Assembly: GCF_000737315.1 (NCBI RefSeq)
Contig: NZ_JMCB01000019.1
Coordinates: 124,001 to 188,000, forward strand
Length of the DNA: 64,000 bases
Reading direction: 5' to 3'
Source of the DNA: Hyalangium minutum
GTDB taxonomy: Bacteria; Myxococcota; Myxococcia; Myxococcales; Myxococcaceae
Part shown: positions 58,710 through 64,000 of the stretch, piece by piece
Numbering within the stretch: position 1 is the first letter of the stretch
Layout of the letters: each line of letters starts with the position of its first letter
The notes under the pieces: generated by a model
What the model was told of the DNA's origin: nothing
Database searches by the model: none
The model's input: the letters and a program-made list of their open reading frames with translations, nothing else
Program-made: the position numbers and the translations under genes

Positions 58710-60107
58710 ATGCACCTTCCCGCGTGGATCCGCGCCGCCGCCGTGGCGGGCTTCCTCAGTCACTCGGCCGCCTGGTCCCAGACGGCCCCCTCCGGCTTCG
58801 AGCTGGAGCGCCTGGAGCTCAACCTCGGTAAGGGCTCGCTCCTGTCCAGCCACGGCGAGCTGCTGGTCCCCACCGGCGTGAGCGCCGGGCTCGTCAGCCA
58901 CTATGAGCACCTGCCGCTCGTGCTCCAGGACGGAGAGTCGCACCTGGAGCGGGTGCGGCACCGCGCCTCGCTCATGCTGGCGGCCAGCTACGGTGTGCTG
59001 CCGTGGCTCGAGGTGGGCGCGCAGATCCCCGCGGTGCTCTGGCAGCAAGGCGGGGATCCCAGCCTCCTGGGCCTGCCGCCGCTGACCGCGCGCGGGCTCG
59101 GGACGCCGATGCTCCAGGCCCGGCTGGGGCTGCTGTCGCGCCGCGAGGAGCACCCCGTGAACCTCGCGGTGGATCTCGCCGCGGGCCTACCTGTGGGGAG
59201 CGGCTCCGCGCTGGCGCGCGACGCGGGCCTGCGCTTCCGAGCCGGGGCCACGCTGGGGCTCGACTGGGGCTGGCTCCACCCCTCGCTCGAGGCGGGCGTG
59301 CTGCTGCGGCCGCCCAACCCCTTGTTCCGCAAAGGCTCGCCGCCCGTGGTCCCCGAGCTGCGCGTAAGCGCGGTGCTGGCCACGGCGAACCCGGGGCTTC
59401 GCGGCGAACTCGCCCTCCGGGGCGCCTTCGCGAGCGACGACAAGCAGCCCTCCCTGGAGCTGCTGGGCGGCGTGCGGTGGCCGCTGATGCCTCGGGTGGA
59501 GCTGCTCGCCCTGGGAGGCCCCGGCCTGGGCGCGGCGCCCGGAACGCCCTCCGCCCGCGTGCTGCTGGGGGTGAACTTCCTCATGGAGCCCCCGCCCGCA
59601 TTGGAGCGGCTCACGGAGGCCATCCCTCACTTCACGCTGGAGCCGGAGGCCACCGCCGCACGCCGCGAGGTGCCCCGCCCGGCCGTGGCCCCCGTGCCCA
59701 CGCGGGAGCTGCTCCCCACCGCAGTTCCGTTGGCCCACGCCACGCCCCTGCTGCAGGGCTCCGTGCTCTTCGAGCCGGGGCGGGCCGAGCTGCCCGCAGA
59801 CCTCAGCCTGCCGCAGGCGGTGCTCGAGCTGCTGCGCTCGGAGCCCGGCAAGTCCATCGTCCTCCTCGAGGGGTACGCGGGCCAGGAGGACGCCGCGCAG
59901 GCCGATCGCCTCCTGCCCTTGAGGCGCGCGCAAGCGCTCCGGACCTACCTGGCGGGCCAGGGCGTGCCCTTGGAGCGCCTGCGGGTGCGAATCACCAGCC
60001 CGGCCGCTTCCGCACACGCCCCCACGCCCGAGGACCTGGCGCGAGCGCGGCGGGTGGAGATGACCGTCCTGAGCGACCCCACCGCCGTCTCCGAGACGAC
60101 TCCCTGA
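58710..60107 (+). CDS. Outer-membrane beta-barrel + OmpA-like domain protein
   Basis: Signal peptide, FELERLELN barrel start, C-terminal VLFEPGRAEL...RRAQALRTYL...RRVE. Confidence 0.75.
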   Translation: MHLPAWIRAAAVAGFLSHSAAWSQTAPSGFELERLELNLGKGSLLSSHGELLVPTGVSAGLVSHYEHLPLVLQDGESHLERVRHRASLMLAASYGVLPWLEVGAQIPAVLWQQGGDPSLLGLPPLTARGLGTPMLQARLGLLSRREEHPVNLAVDLAAGLPVGSGSALARDAGLRFRAGATLGLDWGWLHPSLEAGVLLRPPNPLFRKGSPPVVPELRVSAVLATANPGLRGELALRGAFASDDKQPSLELLGGVRWPLMPRVELLALGGPGLGAAPGTPSARVLLGVNFLMEPPPALERLTEAIPHFTLEPEATAARREVPRPAVAPVPTRELLPTAVPLAHATPLLQGSVLFEPGRAELPADLSLPQAVLELLRSEPGKSIVLLEGYAGQEDAAQADRLLPLRRAQALRTYLAGQGVPLERLRVRITSPAASAHAPTPEDLARARRVEMTVLSDPTAVSETTP

Positions 60108-60114
60108 GGCCGCC

Positions 60115-61800
60115 ATGTCCTTCGACTTCCACGCCATTCTCCAGCACGTCGAGGCAGCTGCCCCCACCGAGGGCCTCCCCGAGTGGCTCCCGCGAAGCTG
60201 GAGCGATCCGGAGGGCTTCGCCTCGGCGCTGGCCCCGGCGTACACGGGCCGCGGCGCGGCCTTCAAGAGCCGCACGGGCCAGCACCACGACTTCTTCCAC
60301 GATCTCATCGTCCGGCACGCCACCACGGATCGCATCGCGCTGCGCACGTATGACCGGACGCGCGGCTGGCAGACGCTGAGCTACCGCCAACTGCACGACC
60401 AGGCCCTCCGGCGGGCCGCAGCGTGGGAGCATCGAGGCGTCAAACCGGGAGCCCGGGTGTGCCTGATGTTCCACCCTGGCGCCGAGCTGTGGGTGAGCCT
60501 CGCCGCAGCGCTGGGGTTGGGAGCCTGCATCAGCCTGCTGCCGCCGGTGGGACAGCGCTTCGTCGCGCGCCGGCTCGCCGCGCTCGCACCGGGCCACGTG
60601 GCCGCCGAGCCACACCAGGCGCCGCTGCTGGGCGCCTACGCCAAGTGCCTGCTGCCCACGACGGGGCCATCGGCGCCAGCGCTCGCCTCATACTCGTACA
60701 AGCCGGACGAGCCGGTGGGCCTGTTCTTCTCGCCTCTGGCGGCGCTCCCCTCCACCCCGGTGCCGCTCAAGGCGGGAGAGGCTTGGCTCGGCGCACTGGT
60801 GGATGGGCTGCTCACCTTCGCGCTGGCGCCGGGAGATCACCTGACCGCTCCGGGCTTCCACCCACTCCAGCACCTGCCCGCGCTCATCTTCGCCACGCTG
60901 CTGCGCGGAGCTACATTCCTCCACCTCGAGCCCTCGGATGTAGAGGAGCGCCCCAGCCTCCTGACCGAATACCCGGTGCGGGCGCTCGGGGTCACCCCGG
61001 CCTTGAGGGACGTGCTGCTGCGGAGCCGGACGCCGCTGAAGAACGTAGGAGGCTGGTTCCGCAACCCCGAGGCCCCGCTCGACTGGCAGGCGTGGCGCGC
61101 GTGGGTGAAGCAGTGCGGGCTGGAGTCCGTGCCCTGCTCCAACGTGCTGGTGGATGCGGCCGCGGGAGGCGCAGTGCTTTGCTCGCTCCGGCGCGTGGGA
61201 GATGTCCACGCCGAGGCCGCTCCGGCGCCGGGCCGCCGCTGGGCCCTGGAGGCGCTCGACCGGAGTGGACAGCGGGCCGCAGGAGACTCGGGCGTCTTCA
61301 CCCTTCTGCCCTCGGAGGGGCGGCCGCCAGGGCACGTCATCCTCTCCCGCCTCCGCCAGAAGTACCTCTACGGCGGGACGTGGGATGCGCGGCACGAGGG
61401 CCGGGTCCCGCTCATGGCCGAGGTGACGGAGGCGCTGGCGGCCATGTCTCCGCCCTGTTCCACCTCGCTGCTCACCGTGCCGACGGGAGGCCTCTCGGGC
61501 GAGCTCCGCTCGATGTTGCTCGTCTTCACGGGCGCGCCCTCGCAGGGCGCGGCGCTGTCCCTGGCGGAGGTGCGCCGGTACCTCGAGCTGCAGCTTGGCG
61601 CCGAGCACGTACCAGAGCGGTTCGAGGTCTTCCCGCTCTACCCGAGGTTGAAAGAGGGCCAGGTGGACGCGGCGTGGTGCCACGCGCAGTACCTGACGGG
61701 CGCGCTCTACCACAAAGCCCAGGAGCCGCTGTTCCAGACGCTCACGGAGCTGCGGGCCCAGGTGCGGCACGCCGCGCTCCCTTCCGAAACGAGGAGATGA
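60115..61800 (+). CDS. Adenylate-forming (ANL)-fold protein with a degenerate AMP-binding motif
   Basis: IALRTY...LSYRQL...A..W..RGVKPGARVCLM...LAAALGLGA. The expected TSGSTGxPKG position reads FFSPLAALPSTP. Confidence 0.6.
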   Translation: MSFDFHAILQHVEAAAPTEGLPEWLPRSWSDPEGFASALAPAYTGRGAAFKSRTGQHHDFFHDLIVRHATTDRIALRTYDRTRGWQTLSYRQLHDQALRRAAAWEHRGVKPGARVCLMFHPGAELWVSLAAALGLGACISLLPPVGQRFVARRLAALAPGHVAAEPHQAPLLGAYAKCLLPTTGPSAPALASYSYKPDEPVGLFFSPLAALPSTPVPLKAGEAWLGALVDGLLTFALAPGDHLTAPGFHPLQHLPALIFATLLRGATFLHLEPSDVEERPSLLTEYPVRALGVTPALRDVLLRSRTPLKNVGGWFRNPEAPLDWQAWRAWVKQCGLESVPCSNVLVDAAAGGAVLCSLRRVGDVHAEAAPAPGRRWALEALDRSGQRAAGDSGVFTLLPSEGRPPGHVILSRLRQKYLYGGTWDARHEGRVPLMAEVTEALAAMSPPCSTSLLTVPTGGLSGELRSMLLVFTGAPSQGAALSLAEVRRYLELQLGAEHVPERFEVFPLYPRLKEGQVDAAWCHAQYLTGALYHKAQEPLFQTLTELRAQVRHAALPSETRR

Positions 61801-61803
61801 CCG

Positions 61804-62190
61804 ATGGGAATCCAAGTCGTCACGGGAGCCATGCTCCAGTGCAGCTTCGGCGTGGCGCCCTCCAGCCTGGTGGTGCTCCCGGCGAACAAGGTGATGGCGA
61901 CCACTCCGGCCGCCAACATCATGGACAACAAGCCGCTGGTGAACATCCCCCCGTTCGGGATGTGCCAATCCATGGCAAATCCGATGGTGGCCGCAGCCAC
62001 GGCGGCGGCGCTGGGCGTGCTCACCCCAATGCCTTGCATTCCGGCGACGGCGGCGCCGTGGGCACCCGGCTGTCCCAAGGTGATGATCGGCAACATGCCG
62101 GCCTTGGACAGCTCCTCCAAGTGCATGTGCAACTGGGGCGGCGTCATCCAGATCGTCAACCCCGGCCAGACGGCGGTGCAAGATGGCTGA
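61804..62190 (+). CDS. DUF4280 PAAR-like spike-tip protein
   Basis: VVTGAMLQCSFG...NIPPFGMC...PCIPA...W.PG...SKCMCNWGGVI.I..PGQ. Confidence 0.88.
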   Translation: MGIQVVTGAMLQCSFGVAPSSLVVLPANKVMATTPAANIMDNKPLVNIPPFGMCQSMANPMVAAATAAALGVLTPMPCIPATAAPWAPGCPKVMIGNMPALDSSSKCMCNWGGVIQIVNPGQTAVQDG

Positions 62191-63310
62191 GTCTCTGCAT
62201 TCGCTCGCGGCGCTGGAGCGCGCGTTGAGCACGGCCTCTGCTCCTGTCTCCTCGCTGACGCCCGAGCAGGTGGAGGCGCGGGTGGATCGGGTCACCGCGC
62301 TGATGGCCCGGAGCGCCTACGACGAGGCGGCGCGCGCCTCCGAGGCATTGCTCACCGAGGGACTCCGGGATGTGCGGCTGGTAACGCCGTGCCTCTTCGG
62401 TGCCTTCCTGGAGCGCGGCCCGCGCGCTCTGCCCGGGATCTTCTCCGCCCTGCACCGAGTCCTCACGCGGAGCTGGGAGCAGCTTGGCCCCAGCGACAAG
62501 AAGCCAGTCGTGGCGGACAGTGGGCTGCTCTGGCTGTTCAAGTCGCTTCACAAGCACCTGGAGTTCCATGGGCGGGCCCAGGACGACGTGTGGCGCAAGT
62601 GGTGCGAAAGCTGCGAGGCGTCTGAGATTCAGGAAGCGCTCCAGCGCGCAAGTGAGCTGTTCGAGGCTCTTGAACAGCTCCTGCCCAAAGGAGGGGGTAC
62701 TACCCGGCTGCTCCAGTTGACCGGCTGGCTGACGGAGAACCGCGAGCTCTTCTCGGAGACTCCAGCCCGCCCTGCGCGGGCCCAGGCTGAGGAGTCCCCC
62801 AGGGCGGCGGCCATCTCTGAGCGCTGGGAGGAGGCGCCTTCCGCCGATCCAGAGGAGGAGGCGGAAGATGAGGAGGACGAAGAGCAAGAAGAAGCCACCG
62901 AGGAGCAGGCACTTGAAGCCGAGGATGACTCCGAAGAGGAGATCCTCTTCGAGCCCGTGGCGGTCCCGCAGCCCCGCTTGCCGCCACAGCCTGGTCTGGA
63001 GCCCTCTCCGGCGCTCGAGCAACTGCTGCACAAGCTGACCGCATTCGATCAGCTCGTAGAGCGTCAGGACTTCTCGCGGGCCAGCATGATTGCCACGGAC
63101 GTGCTCCATGTGATCGACCACTTCGATCCGCTCGTCTATCTGCCCTCGCTCTTCACACGCTTCCTCTCGGGCCTGAGCGCGCATGCGGGGAGCATCGAGC
63201 CACGGATGCAGAGCCCTCGCTCCTTGGGTGAGCGTGCCCTCGAGCGGCTCTACCGGACGGACTTGCAGGCGTTCTTGAACTCCTCCTCCGGTGTGGAGGA
63301 CGCGCCATGA
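62183..63310 (+). CDS. T6SS TssA/ImpA-N-like (IglI-family) protein
   Basis: RDVRLV..CLFGAFLERG..AL..I...L...L...W..LGP...LLWL resembles ImpA_N; acidic linker; helical C-terminal domain. Confidence 0.6.
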   Translation: MAESLHSLAALERALSTASAPVSSLTPEQVEARVDRVTALMARSAYDEAARASEALLTEGLRDVRLVTPCLFGAFLERGPRALPGIFSALHRVLTRSWEQLGPSDKKPVVADSGLLWLFKSLHKHLEFHGRAQDDVWRKWCESCEASEIQEALQRASELFEALEQLLPKGGGTTRLLQLTGWLTENRELFSETPARPARAQAEESPRAAAISERWEEAPSADPEEEAEDEEDEEQEEATEEQALEAEDDSEEEILFEPVAVPQPRLPPQPGLEPSPALEQLLHKLTAFDQLVERQDFSRASMIATDVLHVIDHFDPLVYLPSLFTRFLSGLSAHAGSIEPRMQSPRSLGERALERLYRTDLQAFLNSSSGVEDAP

Positions 63311-64000
63311 GAGACCTCTCATTCGAGCAACGGCTGCGCGAGCGCATCCGCGGGTTCGACATGCCCGCTCTGCTGGTGCTGCTGAAACACAAAAAGTATG
63401 CGCTGGAGCTGATCGAATACCGGAGCCACCGCACGCTCGTGCATCAGAGCCACCTGGTGCATGACATCCAGTTCAGCGACGAGTCACCCAGCCGGGTGAT
63501 CATCACGGTGAACATCGGGCTGCTCAGCGTGCAGTCTCCTCTGCCCACCTTCCTGCATCAGACAATGAATCAGCTGGATCCGCTGGAGAGCGAGCGGATG
63601 GAACGTTTCCTGGGCTATTTCGACCACGAACTGCTCCGGGCGCGCTTCGCGGGGCTCTACCCTGAACGAAGCGCCTCGCTGCTTCCCGGCTGGGAGGAAG
63701 CGGCGCAGAACCGATTGAGCTTATTGAGCCTCACCAGCCCGAGCACGCTGCACTGGCTGTTCGCCCAAGTCTTCCCAGAGGCCGAAGTGTCCGTACGGCG
63801 TGAGGTGCGCACTCAGGCCGTGCCAGCCCACGGCTCGCAGCTCGGTGTCACGGCATTGGGAGACTCCACGGCGTTGGGGGGCTTCGCCTCTGTGCCCACG
63901 GGCGGCATGGAAGTAACGGTCTTCTTCAATGAAAGTCATTGCGGAATAGGAACACCGTGGGCCATGGAAGCTCCGCTGCGCCTTTCCCATAGGCTCCTCC
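63307..64000 (+). CDS. T6SS baseplate TssG-like protein, 3'-partial (not in ORF track)
   Basis: ATGA overlap with the upstream gene; frame open to the window end; VNIGLLSVQSPLPTFL and FLGYFDH resemble TssG motifs. Confidence 0.6.
   Translation, partial: MRDLSFEQRLRERIRGFDMPALLVLLKHKKYALELIEYRSHRTLVHQSHLVHDIQFSDESPSRVIITVNIGLLSVQSPLPTFLHQTMNQLDPLESERMERFLGYFDHELLRARFAGLYPERSASLLPGWEEAAQNRLSLLSLTSPSTLHWLFAQVFPEAEVSVRREVRTQAVPAHGSQLGVTALGDSTALGGFASVPTGGMEVTVFFNESHCGIGTPWAMEAPLRLSHRLL

Overview
High-GC myxobacterial (Cystobacterineae-like; inferred from gene content) chromosomal window. 1-25 kb is mostly housekeeping and signalling: P5C dehydrogenase (partial), aldose epimerase, tatB-tatC, MFS, MCP, HDAC, a two-component pair, PBP1A, RluA, LysR/ADH, LysM-deacetylase, MOSC and an MBL nuclease. 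The most interesting locus is a minus-strand cassette at 26.5-34.7 kb. It runs: PqqD/RRE protein, a 1941-aa Ig-repeat/FG-GAP lipoprotein, a 47-aa peptide absent from the ORF track (lasso-like KKPYxxPxV leader, C-X9-C tail), an HprK-related kinase, and an S24/S26 peptidase-GNAT fusion. It looks like an RRE-dependent peptide-modification (RiPP-like) system with no cyclase or radical SAM enzyme. 35-40 kb carries ETF/acyl-CoA dehydrogenase, transaldolase and kdsD. 40.4-57.4 kb is accessory. It holds a Cys-rich gene pair, an atypical MazF, a CHAT protease plus a ZAS-kinase-STAND-FGE protein opposite a myxobacterial sigma factor, and an ADYC protein. It also holds a decayed island with two 23-nt tmRNA-3'-end-like direct repeats, IS91 and tyrosine-integrase remnants, a choice-of-anchor-A protein and a SitA6/SitI6-like toxin-immunity pair. 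The window ends in the start of an atypical T6SS-like cluster (OmpA, degenerate adenylation-fold protein, DUF4280 PAAR-like, TssA/IglI-like, TssG-like). All family calls are motif recognition by eye; no searches were run.
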